A DNA stretch of 64,000 nucleotides from Camelus ferus (GCF_009834535.1 NC_045696.1:50408001-50472000); one strand, 5' to 3'. Shown: positions 14,382 through 28,393, counted from the stretch's first letter. Program-made: numbers and translations. Notes: generated from the sequence alone by a model not told the origin.

Positions 14382-17170
14382 CTCAAGTAGGCGTTTAAAA
14401 CCCAGTATTCAGAGAACCTATGTTTACAAACTTCTCAAGGTAAGTAAATGCAAAAAAAGCTCCACTTTAATCCCTGTGGTAAACATTTATTAGGTTTTTG
14501 AGACTCCTTGTCTTTTAAAATTCCCTCTTATGTTGCAAATTCTCCACCCTCTGGATCTTGGTGAGAGGCAAACATTTCCTTCTACTTTGGACTCAGAAAA
14601 TGCAAGATACCTACTTTGCCAGTTCCTCTGGCAACTGTTGGATAAATGCCCCACTCATGATTTGTCAGGTACACTTGTACATCTAAGACCTTGAATCAAG
14701 AGCTAGTGACGCAAACAGGCAAACAATGAGAGAGACGAGGAAGTGTCTGATACCCAGTGGTACGACATCCACCATAAACCAGCAGGTGTGGCAGAAGTGC
14801 CCTTCCTCATTAGATTGATTTGTTCCTGCCATTTCCCATTACTGGTTTTCCAGCTACAGAGATTCCATGAGCTACCCAATATTCCTTAATAAACTCTTTC
14901 GTGCTTAAAACATCTGCTGTATGCATACTGCATCATGGTAGCAATGGAAATCACAAGGGCATCAGATACAACAAAAGGCTGCTGCCAATAGGAGCTGCCC
15001 AAGAGAGATTACCTCATTCTGGTCAATTGAATCTGTCAAGGACACAACTTAATTGTCAGGGAGAAACTGAGTTATGATATGGAAAGAAAAATGTTAAATG
15101 GCACAATCTACTTAAAATAAACCATCATAGGTATGCATCAGTGAGCCAGAAGTTTGGGATCCTCAAACACTGGTGATTTATAAATGAAATGTTCTTTTTG
15201 TTCAGTAGCTTTATAATTACAGGGTTATTAACTTACTAGAAATTATTTCAAACCTTTCATGTACTTCAAAAAACAGAGGCATCAAGAAGTAAAAAACAGA
15301 ATTAATTTTAAAGCCATACTGGTTAAAGCGAGGACTCTTAGAAAATGAAATTTTATTTACACCCAACTTCAAGTACTTGGAGTTGAAAACAGCTATAAAA
15401 GTATGAAACAGTCATAAATATCAGATTTTTACACTGTTTCCCCAATAATTAAAAAGACATATCCATGACAGAACTTGGATTGTATGTTTCATCTTTTTCT
15501 TCATATGCCTTTGATTAATAACTTGAGTTACAAATTCTCATGAATTCTGGTATTTTTAAGCTGGTTCACAGATATGTGGGGAGGCCAGAGAAATCACTCA
15601 TATGAGGAACAAATAAAAATGCAGAATCACAACTTCCTGTAGGTTGAATTTTACCTGCTTCACCTCAGCCTTCCTGGGCTCATCTTTAGTAGCCTGTCAA
15701 CTCCAAACTCAGCCCCTCTGCATGGCCTTAGCAAATCCTCTAAATTTTGCCCTATCTTTTGGCAAGAAAATACATTAGATTGTCTTACTTTTTATCTTTC
15801 AGAAATTCTTATTTTTAATTACACAGAATACATGGATACATTGTGGGTACAAAATCCAAACATTACAGATGAAGTTAAAGCCTCCCTTCACTGCTACTCA
15901 CAGTCCTCTGTGCATGCTTGTAATCTTCCAGACATTTTCCTATGTATCTGTTGGAATATGTAGGTACAGCTGTAAAGCTCAGACTCTACCTTGAGTTGCG
16001 AAGAAAAATCACTTACGTTTAGAGGACTCACTCATACTCATTCTAATAGCATGAAAAAAATTACTTCAGTCCATCAGCCCCTTCCGTCCTCTCTTCCATC
16101 ATGGCTGCATTTAAATTTGGTATAGTAAGGGAAGGATCTGGTCCTCCAAGTCATCTGTCCCCTAGGCATTTGTGGAGAAAATCCTTTTTCCCATCCACCT
16201 GGCTCTTTAGAATTGAGACTGCCTTTGCCACATCAAGATTGGTACTGTAAGGGTCAGTTTACCTATAGTGCCTATTAAAGCAAGAGAATTCCTACAGTGG
16301 CATCCAAGGTCTCTTCTGTGTAAACTCCCTCTGGCCTTTCACCTCCTTAGCTCTGCCTGGGAGAGACAGTTCCTCTAAACAAATCTATTCTCTCATCACT
16401 TGCCTCATTTGCCCTTCTCCTCAGCTCAAGGTGGGATTTTGTTGTTGTTATTGTTTTTTCTTGTTTTCCGGGTTGTGGGATAAGGTGAGAGGAGAAGACT
16501 CAGAATTCTCTGTGTTCCACTAAGAGCATTTACACTTTGGAAAACCAGCCTTAGGAAGAAACATGTGTGTGACATTTCCATCTTCTGTTCAAATATATCT
16601 TTCTTCTGAGTAATGAGCCTGGGATGGCCAAGCTTGTCATAGGAAGGGATGAGGAGAGAGAAGAATTTTTAGAAGGACATTGCAAAAAGGAAAAAAAAAT
16701 TCATTTTGTACTTAATCTACATAAATTATATCATCCTGTGTGTATTATTCTGTAACTTGCCTTTTTCCTTCTTATTCAGTATGCCTTGAAGATATTCCCA
16801 TATTGATCTATATATCTCCACACTATTAATTCAATAACCATTTATTGAGCCCCTATTGTGTGCCAGGGGCCACATATATGGTGCTGGAAAAGCAGATTAA
16901 GTCTTTATTCTCATTCGTCTTACATGTTAGAGATGGAGAAAGATAACAGTCAAACAAACGTGATATAACATGAAGTGATGGGAATGCAGAAAAAGAAAAT
17001 GGGATAAAAGGATAGAGACAGGGGTGACTTTTTAGATAGAGAGGACCTTTCTGTGGAGGCAGCTTCATTATTTTCAGCTGCTACACAGCATTACGTTCCC
17101 CTAAAGAGGGATAGTGAGGTTTGTTTCCCATTTTTGTTATTACAACCATGTTGTAATATTTACCTCCTTG

Positions 17171-17826
17171 TGTTAGAGCAAGCAGATAGCTAAATAAGAG
17201 CAGAGAAAGGGGGACGCAGACTAAATGGTAGGAATTGGGCAGAAAGGAGGGGCATAAGCCAAATGCAAGAAACCATACATCATGTAAGCACCAGGGGTCC
17301 CTGGGCAGAGAAAGAAAAGCAGGAACCTTTGGGCTGATAAGGGGTCACAACTTTTGGGGTGATGAGTGGCCTGGAAACCAACAAAAAAAGGTGAGAAAAG
17401 ACAGGAATTTCCAGTGTCCAAATGTAACCTTTTGCTCATTATGCCTTCATTTCAATAAAATTAGCCTTGCAGATTAGAAGTACCCATCATGCACCGATGC
17501 CATGACACTTCCGATCCAGACTAAATAAGGACAAAAATCCCTCCTCCCTTTGGGAAGGTGGAGTTGGGATGAAAATCAGGGAATATAACCCCAATCCCTT
17601 CCTTCCCCAGTGAATATTCTGTTCATTCACTTTTATACCCCATGTAATCAACTTGCCAAAGAAACTCAGGGCAGCTGCTCACCAGCCTGCCCACTCTCCC
17701 CTTGAGAGCGTACTATCTGTCCTTTAATAAATCCTCACTTTACTTTTTTAACCACTACATCTTGTCTCTGAATTCTTTCTGGGATGGGACAAGAACCAGG
17801 AACACTAGTTACATCCATTGGCAACA
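17171..17826 (+). mobile_element. Solo ERV LTR (656 bp) with 4-bp TSD, nested in an old L1 fragment
   Basis: CTTG|TGTT...AACA|CTTG; internal AATAAA near 17727; the flanks rejoin as L1-like sequence. Confidence 0.8.
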
Positions 17827-20800
17827 CTTGTGCACATGAGCAGTATTCTTTGACTAGATACTGAAAACTAGAATTATTGGGTTATACTTGCAAACTGCTC
17901 TCTGAAATGACTGTGCTGACTTACACTCCCATCAGAAACTGCTTGTTCCCTATAACTCTCATAGTTGATTCTACCAAATTATTAACTTCACTAGTCTAAT
18001 ATGTGAAAGAAAAATAGTATCTTGGATTTTTTAGTAATTGGCACTTCCCTGATTCTTACTTAGCTTGAATATCAATTCACATGTTTATTAGATATTTATA
18101 TTTCCTGTCTCGTAAAATAGCTATTCATATCCTCTGTCCATATTTCTTTAGGACTTTTTGTCTTTTTCTTTTGATTTTTTGGAGCCAGTGTATTCAGGGT
18201 AATAATATTTTGTCTTATATACACTGCAAATATTTTCTCCATTCTATGTCTTTATCTTTGTCATATAAAGCTTCTTTTATTCATTTAGTCAAATGTATCC
18301 CTTTAATATCATACCTTTATCAGACTTTACTACTTTGAGTTTTTAAATTCAAATTCAGCACGCATTTATTGAGTACTCAGTATGTTTAAGACACTGTGCT
18401 AGGCAGTTGAGAAGATATAAAAATAATTAAGACCTGACATCTGCCCTCATGGGCCTCACAGTTTAGTGTTGGAGACATATATGCACAAATGCCATAAAAG
18501 CCAGTCTACAAAGTCCTGTAAAAAGAAGTACTTTGGTGGAGCAATGCCTAGCTCAGAACAAGGCACCTGGAAAGATTTCACGGATGCAGTAGCATTGGAA
18601 AGAGGGCAGCCTTTTGAAAGTCAGGGATGGGAGTAAAGGAGAACGAGCATAAGCCAGGCAGAAATGCAGCCAGGAATGGCTGGGGAGAAATTTCTGGGAA
18701 AGCTGTATAGTGGGTATGCGGATTGGAATAAGGGAAGTAAACGTAGTGGAAGACCAGATTGAAAAGGTAGGGTGGAACTATCCTAATCTTTTACCCATAA
18801 ATAAAAAATATAGTGATAAATTCGACACTTCCTAATTTCCTTGAAAAGTAGCCATTAACTAAAAGAAGACTACCAACTACGAGAAGTTAAGTGAAGACTT
18901 AGAGTCATTGGATGAGCATAGATAGCCTCACCCTCAGGCTTGATGACAGCCTGCAGGTAACTGTTCTGAAACCCTCCAGGTCTGTGTGTGCTCTGCCAGG
19001 GTATCTGCTGGTTCCCGCTGGCCAGCAGCCCTTGCCGGACAACAGTTACAATTTGCAAGTCTTAAGTCTGTTTTACCATCCTGCAGAGGTAAGGGCATGG
19101 ATAGTTTATGTATAAGGACTTCACAGTCCTCTGGGGAGGCTGCCAAAGAAAGCATGTTTTGGGTAGAAATCTGAAAAAAAAAAAAAAAAAAAAACTAAAA
19201 AGAAAAAAATTAAATATCCAAGAGGAGTTTGGCATAGGGATAAGGTTTCACATCCAGCTCCTCTGCAGGCTCTGCCATTTAATCATCTTCCAGGATGCAG
19301 GGGCTGCCACGGGGAACGATGGATAGCGATTAGGCCTCCTTGGGCTGCATCAGCAAACACCCTCCTTTGATAGGCAGTTGGAAAGTAATAGGATTTGGGT
19401 TTTAGTTGTAAGGGAATGGTGGAAAATGTTACAAACAGCTGACCTCCTTCGCCCCCACTGAAATGGCTGCCTTCCTCTGCACATTTTATGTTGATCTGGG
19501 GAGAATGACAAAAGACAGATGCTTCTTGCTGGAATGCTGGTTGTTTAATCATTCTTTCTAGTCCCAAGGCATTTACTGTAGTTTCTTGGAGCTGACATCT
19601 TGGGCTGCTCCTTGGTTTTCAATATCTTGTAAACGTGTTACATTGTGATTTTCCACTACATGGAATATGGGAAAGTCTGTGGGAGAGGTTTTTTGTTTTG
19701 TTTTTTTTTTTTTTGTTTTTTAAAGATATTATGTAGCAGATGTTGTCCTCTGGTCAGAAGCCTTAAATTAGAAGTGCATGAACTGTAAACAAACTGTAAA
19801 TTCTTGTATTCAGACACAAACTACACAATCTGGTTGTCTGCCATCTCCCACAGAGCATCATTCAAATCTATAGAGATGCTCACATCCATTCCAAGAGTCA
19901 GCAGCAACATACAAACTTTGTCTTTCCAGTCATGATCCATCCACACAGCACCCACAAGGGCAAAGAGCTGCTTCCTCTCCAGTTTCTGTGGCCCCCATGG
20001 AACCCCAGGAAGCTGCACAGTAGACACAGTGCCCTTCAAAGCAGAGTAAAACCATGTGTTAACCATAAATCATCCTGCTCAATAGGTCTCTTGCTCTCTG
20101 TTTTCATAAAGATAACATAGAAGAGAAGCTGAGGAAAATGTGCATTTTCATCATGTTAAGGAGCAAGATAAAGAATTAATCTCATAATCATATACAACTG
20201 TTTTCCCAGGAGAGTCACATTCTTAATAACAGGCAGTCATAATAGCAATTTGGAACATGGTCCATTTCTCCTCCCATAAGAATCTTAACATTTGATGGAA
20301 CTTCACATTTCTTCTTTTTATAGTGTTATCTTCTTTAAATTTTTTTTTCTGATTTTGAGCATATGTATTTTTTTCTCTTCCTCCTGTTAAATTTGCAGTT
20401 TCTCTTGATTAGTCCCATGGCTGCCTGTGGAGAGATGATCATTTCCTTCTTCTTGTGATTACCATACCTCTGAGGAGCTCTCTCCTCAATGTGTGGGAGA
20501 TTTAGAATAGAGAGGATATAACTGGAAATGGGAATCTGTGTCTGAGGTGTCCATGTGTGGGGTCTCTGTGTCTTAGGTAGAAGAGAAGTTTTAGGGAAGG
20601 ACACATTGCTAAATTTTTTCTACATAACAATGTGTGCATGAGGGTCATTTAAAAGCAGGTAGAATGAATAACATGATTTTGTGTTTCTAAAGCACCTTAC
20701 CCAAGGATATTTATAAATATAGACAGATTATCCTCAAAATCCTCTCTTCAACTGTGTTAAAAGCAAGAATTATCTTCATATTTCATGAGGGGACACCAGA

Positions 20801-23800
20801 ATAAGAAGTGTCTCAACTTTGCCAGTTTTACCAGCTCAGAAACAGAGTGACATCATCCAGCAGACCCTCTGTGCTCCAACCTGAGGTCCCCTGCCTCTCT
20901 CTGGTTCTCCACTATGTATAACCAATGTTCTTGGCTCCTGGTTTGATCTTAAAATCAGTGTTGGGTGAATCAGTCAGAAGATTTGGACACTCTGTTCAGA
21001 AAACATTATAAATTCATCAAGATTTGCTGGATCTGCAAAACTCTCCTGGCATTCTCAATAGAATAGCAATCTTCTGTCCCCAGATGACTTCATGAAATGT
21101 GGGACGTGTGTGAGGAGATGATACAGGCCATATCCCCACTGCCCTGAAAGAGGCACACCCTGTCACAGCTCCCTGCCTTTACCCGTGCTGCCCGTTCTTC
21201 CCTGCCTTTGTCCACCTGCAGCAATCCCATGCATCTTTTAGAACTCAGTTTGACCGTTATCATCTCCTTCATCAACACTTCACATGCATTCTCAGGTTCT
21301 ACTTTCCTAACAAAGACCCCGGTTTTGTCCAGGTCTTCACTCATTCCTCTCCCACCAGGACAAGTGCCTGGTGAAAGGCACAGGCTTTAGCCTTGCTGCA
21401 GGAAGTCCCAATCAGTGTAAGCGTAGTCTGAACCCCTCTGCCAGAGACTGGATCTGTGGCTTTGACCAATCAGATGAGAGAGGAAGTATATGGAGGCTTT
21501 TGGTCTTCACTAGTAAGATGGGGTTGGGGGAAGAAATGGTCAGCCCTCTTCCTCTGGACATGCTGTGTCTGGCTGTGGCCTTGGGGTGGCTGCCATCTAC
21601 TCACTACCAGCTTGAGGATGAATCACGCACTGATGATGGCAGAGCAGAGAAAGGATAAAATCCTAGTCCTTCAAGGCTTTGTAGAGCCATTGAAACAACC
21701 AGACTTGATGTTGGCCCTACTTCTAGATGCCTTCTTATGTAAGACAGTAAATGTCCTTATTAACTGTCAGAGCCTGACTTTCTGTTTCTTGATGCTGAAA
21801 GCCTCCTAATTTAGTTAATGCTTTTCCTTAACTACAAGCCACACCTTCAGTTTTGAGTATTCCTTTCTTTGATTGCTATAGCACTGGGTATATACCTCTA
21901 CCTGTATATCTGTGCCTGTGTATATATACATCAATACTAGATTTTAATGATCTGCTTGTATGTCTATCTTCCTTGCTGTGAACTCTTCAAGGATCTTATT
22001 TTATTACTATTTGATTCACATTTTACTGATTTATTTGTAGAGTTTGGTGTTATGGCTGACACATGCTGAGTAATTAGTGAATATTTGATGAGTAAAGGAA
22101 TGAACTTATCAGAATATGTCAAAATGAGTGCCATACACAGCCTTGCCATGAGCAATTTAAATAACCCCTTGAGATCCTAGCCCTAGTGCTTCCAGGACTG
22201 TGCTTTTTCCATCATCTGTCCATCCACCCATCTAACCCACAGAAATGCCAGGCACCATGCCAACCTCTAGGAATTCAGAGAGATACACTGTCCTCTGCTG
22301 GCATGCATTCCATTCTGCCCCCTACAATGTAAACTGGGGGGCCCTCTGGCCCTTTGATACCACTTCAGGTTTAAACTCTGTCTGGGAATATGTAGGAAGC
22401 TGGCAATGGACAGAAATACAGCTCTCAATGCAGATATATAGGCCAGCACTGACAAGGAAACGTTTAGTTTTCTGCCCATGAAGTACAGGTGAACACATAT
22501 TCAACAGAGACAAATACCAGAGAGTGCTGTTTCCCATCTGAGCACTGTGGGCCCTGACTCTCACTGAGCCTGGTTACACAGAGTCATTGGGCACATATGC
22601 TGAACCATCTTTCTGGCCTGTTGTGGCTGTTTAGTAATGGAGAGAGTCTGCTGTTTCCTAAGAAAAGGATAATTTGAGAATTTCTGAGTATTCCTGTTTG
22701 ATTCCCTGTTTCTTCTAGTCTGGAAAATTACAAGCTGCTAGTCACAGGGAAGAAGGCAGGAGAATGTTAGATTCTAGATCTAGCCAGGACCTTCAGAGAT
22801 TATGGAGTTCTTCTCCTTAACTATCGGGATATAATATACTTAAGTGTTCAGAGTTCAAGTAAAAACTCTATAGGTGGACTGTGAGCTTCTTCTCCTAATC
22901 ATCTGTGCAATTCCCAATGGTCCATAGGAGTCCCAAACTTCTGAAAAAAGTCTTCTCCTTTAATGTTCAAATAAAATAATTTTATTTTTTACATGCACTA
23001 CCCTCCTCAGCATTTTGAAAATTCCTCATGGAGTGCTTGCCCTCCTCTGCTGGCTTCCTATCATCTGTCCCCTTAAACTTCAAATCCCAACCAAATTCTT
23101 GGTCATCCTTGGCATCTCAGCACCAGTCCTGCCAACTTCTGCCCTCTTTGTCCTGTTTCTCCCAGTTCTGTTCTTTTGTGTGCAGAGTTCCCTCTTTCTT
23201 CATTTCTAAAGCACCGTTAATCACATGAAGGCTATTGTATGTAATAGATTTTAACTAAATATTAACAGAGAGGCATCTTGAATTCTAAAATTCTTTAGTT
23301 ATCCCATCATAAAGAATTTATGACCAATCAATTCTCTTGTTGTAGCTAAGGCTTATTCTATTTCTTCTTTTACCTGATTCCTCAAGAACTTCCAAAATTC
23401 CTGTCACTGGAGCTCAGAAAGAACACTTTTTAAAATTATGCTGATTATTTTAATTCCCAAGGCATTCTACAACCTGAGCCCTACGTTCCCTGTCTAAACT
23501 GTTGATGCATTTCCCTAAAAAGACAAATTTTCTTCTCATGCCTCTTTTCTTGTATCCAGAGTGTAGGAAACACTAAAGTAAGATTTAAACAAGCAATTTA
23601 AAAAATCTCTCCATTGCACTTGTTTCTCAGTTTAGATGTGATGTACTTGGCTTGTGAGGTCCTTGGCATGTGGTGACACTCAGTTATTTAACAACAGTAA
23701 TACTCAGTCTTTCCCTGAAGATAGTAGTTAATCTCATGAATGTTTTATGTGTTGTTTCACTTATTCATCTTGTGATCCTTTGGAAAACTCCCATAAATTC

Positions 23801-24806
23801 TCTCTTGAACCCTTTCGATCCAAACAAAACAAACTGTAAAGTCCACTTTGTGAGTGCTTTCATCAGAAGGCAAAGCAAGTCCACAACTCCTGCTGGCTTC
23901 TAAGTAACACTCAATGGTCACTTTACTCTGAGAGTCTTAGTTTCCTCTTTTGTAAAAATGAGGAAGTTGGCCTACTTTGGATGTAGCTTCCTTCTAGCTT
24001 TTGAATACCATGTATGCCTCTTAAAGATGATAGGGGAGGAGATACGGGGTTGGACCCAGGAAGTAGAAAAGGCCAACTAATTTTATTTGTAGCTCTGACC
24101 ATCTGCTTCCATTAACACTAACAAGCAGCTATATATTTGTTAGTGATCAAGTGATCTCAGGTCTCCAGTTTAAGAAATAAGTGAGTAGTAATCTTGGCTT
24201 ACCGCTAAGAGATCCTCACATTTCCCCTTTCCCTGAAATAAGACTATTAATACCTACCCCTATCTTGTTTCATAAGCAAAATGTTTCAACTAAAATTAAG
24301 TGACAGGAATAATGCAATTCAAGTTTGAAAAACATTTTTTTCTCCTTAATTTTAACTGAAACTATTTTCCCTTTCTTCTGTAATTGTTTCAAAACTACCC
24401 AAGAAGACCTAAAGAATTAGTAAGTGGAAGGACAGTTGTATGGGAAAACTAAAGGAAAAAAATGTAGGATTACCGTCTGAGGTTAGATTTTAGCCTGCTT
24501 GGAAATGTTAAAAGAATTAAGTTGAAGCACCATCTAGTGGCTCTCAATTGTGTTTTGATAAAAGTTGTTCCCAACTTCCCTCAATTTAGGACCACAATTA
24601 ATTTGTTGTGCATGTACACACACACATACACACACACACATATACATACACACACATATGTGTTCAGAAAAGAAAAAAAAATTTATGCAGGGGTAGGAGG
24701 TTGAGAGGGAGTAGCTATAGCTTTTTGGTTTTCCAGGCTCATATCAGCAGAAAATCATGGCATTAAGAATGGAACAGACAAGAAGCATGAACTTGGATAA
24801 ATCTAT

Positions 24807-24828
24807 TCAGAGAATGATGGAGTCTTTT
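24807..24828 (-). CDS. Alternative candidate CD200R1L terminal exon (RKDSIIL*)
   Basis: ttctttttctacag|A AAA GAC TCC ATC ATT CTC TGA; phase-2 compatible with the TM exon. Confidence 0.35.
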
Positions 24829-25133
24829 CTGTAGAAAAAGAATTAACACAATAAAATCCCACGGATATCAGTTCCTCTGTTTCTCCTGCTCACTTCCTCT
24901 GTAAGAGTCCACAACTATATCTGTATCTTCCCAATCCTGTAATGCAGACATGTCCTCACATATATAGGGATTGGCTGACTATTAGATCATCTTTGAACAT
25001 CCCCAGATTCCTATGCCCTTCCCTATCACAAGGCCGTAGCATCTTGTAAGTTTACATAACCAGCAATTCTTCTGGAACTGTCATAGTGATGGCTGGAATA
25101 CCTGTGATTACTATCTTCTGAGGTTACATCTGT

Positions 25134-25260
25134 TTCATTACTCTAAGGGAAGAATGAAAGTAGACCATGATGATGCACATCAGTAGAACATAACTTGCTT
25201 CATAATCTCTAGGGGAAGAACAAAATAGACCATGAAAATGCACATGAATAGAGCATAACT
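25134..25260. repeat. Diverged tandem duplication, unit about 65 bp
   Basis: ttcat..ctcta.gggaagaa..aaa.tagaccatga..atgcacat...taga.cataact occurs twice. Confidence 0.8.
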
Positions 25261-25309
25261 CATGTTACAGGCTTGGCAGCAAACCTTGTGATTGGCAAAC
25301 TAGGTATTT

Positions 25310-26910
25310 GTATCAGTCAGATTAAGTTCAACTGCATATAGAGTAAAACCCAAAAGAACAGTGCCACAAACAGAATAGTTTATTCTCTTTCACACAAAAG
25401 AAGTTTATAGCTAGGTAGTCTAAGTTTGGAATGGTAACTTCATGGTCATTGGGGCCCAGGATCCTTCAATCTTTCTTTTCCACCACCTTAGTGAGTGGCT
25501 TCAGTCCTCAGTGTTACCTGTGACCTAAGGTGGCTGCTAGACTTCTAGTTATCACACCAATATTGTAGTCCAGGAGATAAGAAGGAAAAGCAGAAGAGGA
25601 GCTCTTCTTTATCCATAAAGAGCCTTCCTAAAAACACACAAGATGTGTGCTTACACTTAATTTCTGAAAATTTTGTGGGTGGCCATACTGTGTTGCAAGG
25701 GAAACTGAGAAATGTCTTTTAGCTAAGTATGTTCCCACACTAAATAAAGTTGGAATTATATTATTAAACAGTGTATCAGAAACCTAATGCCACGGTAATG
25801 TTGTGTAACAAACAACCACAAAAACCTCTGTGACAGAGGTCAGGTAGGCAGCTCTTCTGATCTTAACTGAGCTTTCTCACATGTCTGGGAGATGGCTGAT
25901 GATCATTGGATTGGACTGTCTAGACTGGCCTCAACAGGGAAGTGGGGGAGGAGACTGGGGTGACTCAGCTACTTCCTATATGTCCCTCATCCTTCAGCAG
26001 ACTAGCTCAGGCATGTTCTTATGGAGTAGCAATAGAAACATATGAGACCTCTTGAGACCCAGGCTCAAAACGGGTATACTGCCACTTCTGCCTCATTTGA
26101 TTGGCTAACACAAATTACATGGTGAGGGGGGAGAAATATGCACTCTCCTTATGGAAAGAACTCTAAAGTCATTGACAAATTACATGGATAGAGGGAGAGG
26201 TGAAAATTTAGAATCATGAATACAGTCATTTACTACAAGGAGAAAGGGGAAAATGAGCATTGAACTAGGTAACTAGCAACTGTGCCATAGTATTTTTGAG
26301 TCCATGATAGAATTGTGGTACTAGACTTTTTTCCATTTTATGCCCTGTCTTAAACATGAGGAAATTATGATTAAAAAAAAGAAAGAGAGAAAGGAGTTTA
26401 TGTAAGTTATATGTGACATTATTTACTAATTTATTTCTTGACTCATGTCACTTACTAATGAATAGGTATTAATCTTAGCATTTGTCCTATTATTTACTGT
26501 AGAAAGATGGATATATATGTATCCAAAACCTGACTATTTCTTCCAGGGCAGCTACACTACATTTTTCAACTTCCATAGAAGTTAGTGTGGCCATGTGACA
26601 AGTACTAGCCAATGGAATGTGAGCAGAAGTGATTACTACTCCAGGCGTGGTTCGTAAAACAGTCCCACATAAAATCCTCCTTCTCTCTCCTTCTTTCTCT
26701 TTTCCTATTTCTTTCCCATATACCAGCTGAGTGGAGAATACTCTGAGAAGGGCAGAGCCGTAGGATAAAATACTAGCTTAGAGTAGAACTCCTCTTGCCC
26801 CCTGCCTTAGCCCCACCAACCTGCATTGGAATGTAAAGTGAGCAAGAATTAAGCTTTTGTGGTATAAATACACTGAGATTTGGGGATTGTTTGTTTCAAC
26901 AATTAGACTA
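25310..26910. mobile_element. Cluster of old MaLR (MLT1) LTR fragments, partly nested
   Basis: Termini such as 'tgtatcagtcag' and 'cactgagatttggggattgtttgtttcaac'; boundaries approximate. Confidence 0.55.
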
Positions 26911-27777
26911 TCCTGTTTATATTAGTATTCTCCAGATTATATGCATTCATTTTCTCTCATAAAGTTTTGCTTAAAATAAAAGTAATAGCCCAAATCACCT
27001 GCCACTTTACACAATACATTTTTCCTTTAAATAAAAGGACACTTTTTACTATAGGATTACCATAAGTATCCATGAAGATAGCATTCCAGTTTACAGTGAC
27101 CCTAGAAGAGTCAGGGTTTCGCCAATCACTCTTACTCTTACCACCATTAATCCACTGTATAATGCAGACAAGAAATAGAATTGAGACACTGGAGCTCTAA
27201 AAAGTGAGCTAGCGTTCAGCACTCTCTCCAGTGACTCTAATATCTCCTTATTTGGGATCAACTTATAATTTCTTCAAAAATGTAGGTACTGCTAAAAATG
27301 ACTCCTGACCATTTATTTAATGATCAGGCCAAACATGCAATACAACTACCTCAGTGATTGCTAGCAATCGAGAAAGGGGTGGGAGGTCAGCTATGGGCTA
27401 ACTTGGAGGCAGTGCATAGTGACTCCTGCCAATGCAACACTAATTAGCATCTCCAGTGGGTAGAGGAAACAGTAGGTAGGATGAAAGCACCATCCAAAGA
27501 ACTCAAGGGGTGTAGAAGAACTGCACAGCATTGTTATTTGCCTTTTGCTGATCCATCTTCCTCTTTAGGCTGAGAAGCAGGGTTGTTTCTCCTTTGTAAA
27601 TAAGGACTCACTAGGGCAAAGGGGAAAGTGGATGAGTCATCATAGGCATTTATGATGGCAGGTGGCAAGCTTTTGCACGTGTGTGTGTGTGTGTGTATGT
27701 ATATACGTCTGTATGCTGAGAGTTTGAAACAGGCATGACACCTATCACATGGATTCTAAATACAAAGATCTCAAATA

Positions 27778-27916
27778 GCAGGAGCAGGAGCAGGAGCAGG
27801 AGCAGTTGAGCTAGATGTTGAACCAGAAGGCTGATCTCAACTGGCTGCTTTTTTGTGATATCTCATTAAGTCTAAATTGACTTCCAGATTTTCTGATTTT
27901 CATGCTCTAGGAAAAA

Positions 27917-27947
<31 letters not shown>

Positions 27948-27948
27948 T
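27778..27948. repeat. (GCAGGA)4 repeat and an A14-(AT)n tract
   Basis: Seen directly; the A-run forms the polypyrimidine tract of the candidate terminal-exon acceptor on the minus strand. Confidence 0.85.
27900..27906 (-). CDS. CD200R1L: Probable CD200R1L terminal coding segment (R-A-stop)
   Basis: Strong acceptor (T)14-cctag|A GCA TGA about 360 bp downstream of the TM exon; completes the phase-2 Arg codon and gives a very short tail. Confidence 0.55.
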
Positions 27949-28269
27949 TTAAGCAGGAATTAATACAAGCCTTCAGAAGCATAGAAACGGGGGAGCAAAC
28001 CTTAAGGAATCCCAGTTAAACTTGGTTTCCCCACAGAATTCGCAGAGGGTAGTCTAGGACAGGTGAAGCAGACACTCTTCCCCAGTGCTGCAGGCACCTC
28101 TGCCCAGGCTCTCAGTTGTTAACAAAGCTTTCATGTCAAAGAAGGAACTGAGGAACAGACAAACGTGCCAAAAGGTGGGTCAAGCTTTTCCCAGGACATT
28201 GTAAGCTCAAGGTCTTATAATGCTGTTTTCTTTCTAGTGAGTCTATATTTTTCAGTCTTTATTTCCTAC

Positions 28270-28393
28270 CTGCAATCATTGGTTCTCTGGAAGTAGATGA
28301 ATCCCAGGATGACCAGGATAACCAGGAAAAAAGAGAATTTCACACAGAGAATGATCAGAAAGTATGACACTGGAAATCCCAGGGTTCTGGCAC
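28270..28393 (-). CDS. CD200R1L: CD200R1L transmembrane exon with intramembrane lysine (124 bp)
   Basis: tttaaag|GT GCC AGA ... GAT TGC AG|gtagga; encodes GARTLGFPVSYFLIILCVKFSFFLVILVILGFIYFQRTNDCR; Lys codon at 28338-28340; resembles recalled human CD200R1L LLIILYVKLSLFVVIL. Confidence 0.92.

Noticed and set aside
1..24500. Many 60-120 aa ORFs in the ORF track
   Set aside because: No recognisable domains, many overlap LTR, L1 or MIR relics, and no consistent spliced exon chain was found; consistent with chance ORFs.
25199..25208. Possible 10-bp micro-exon with a GC donor inside the tandem duplication
   Set aside because: The following intron would be only about 56 nt, too short for typical mammalian splicing.
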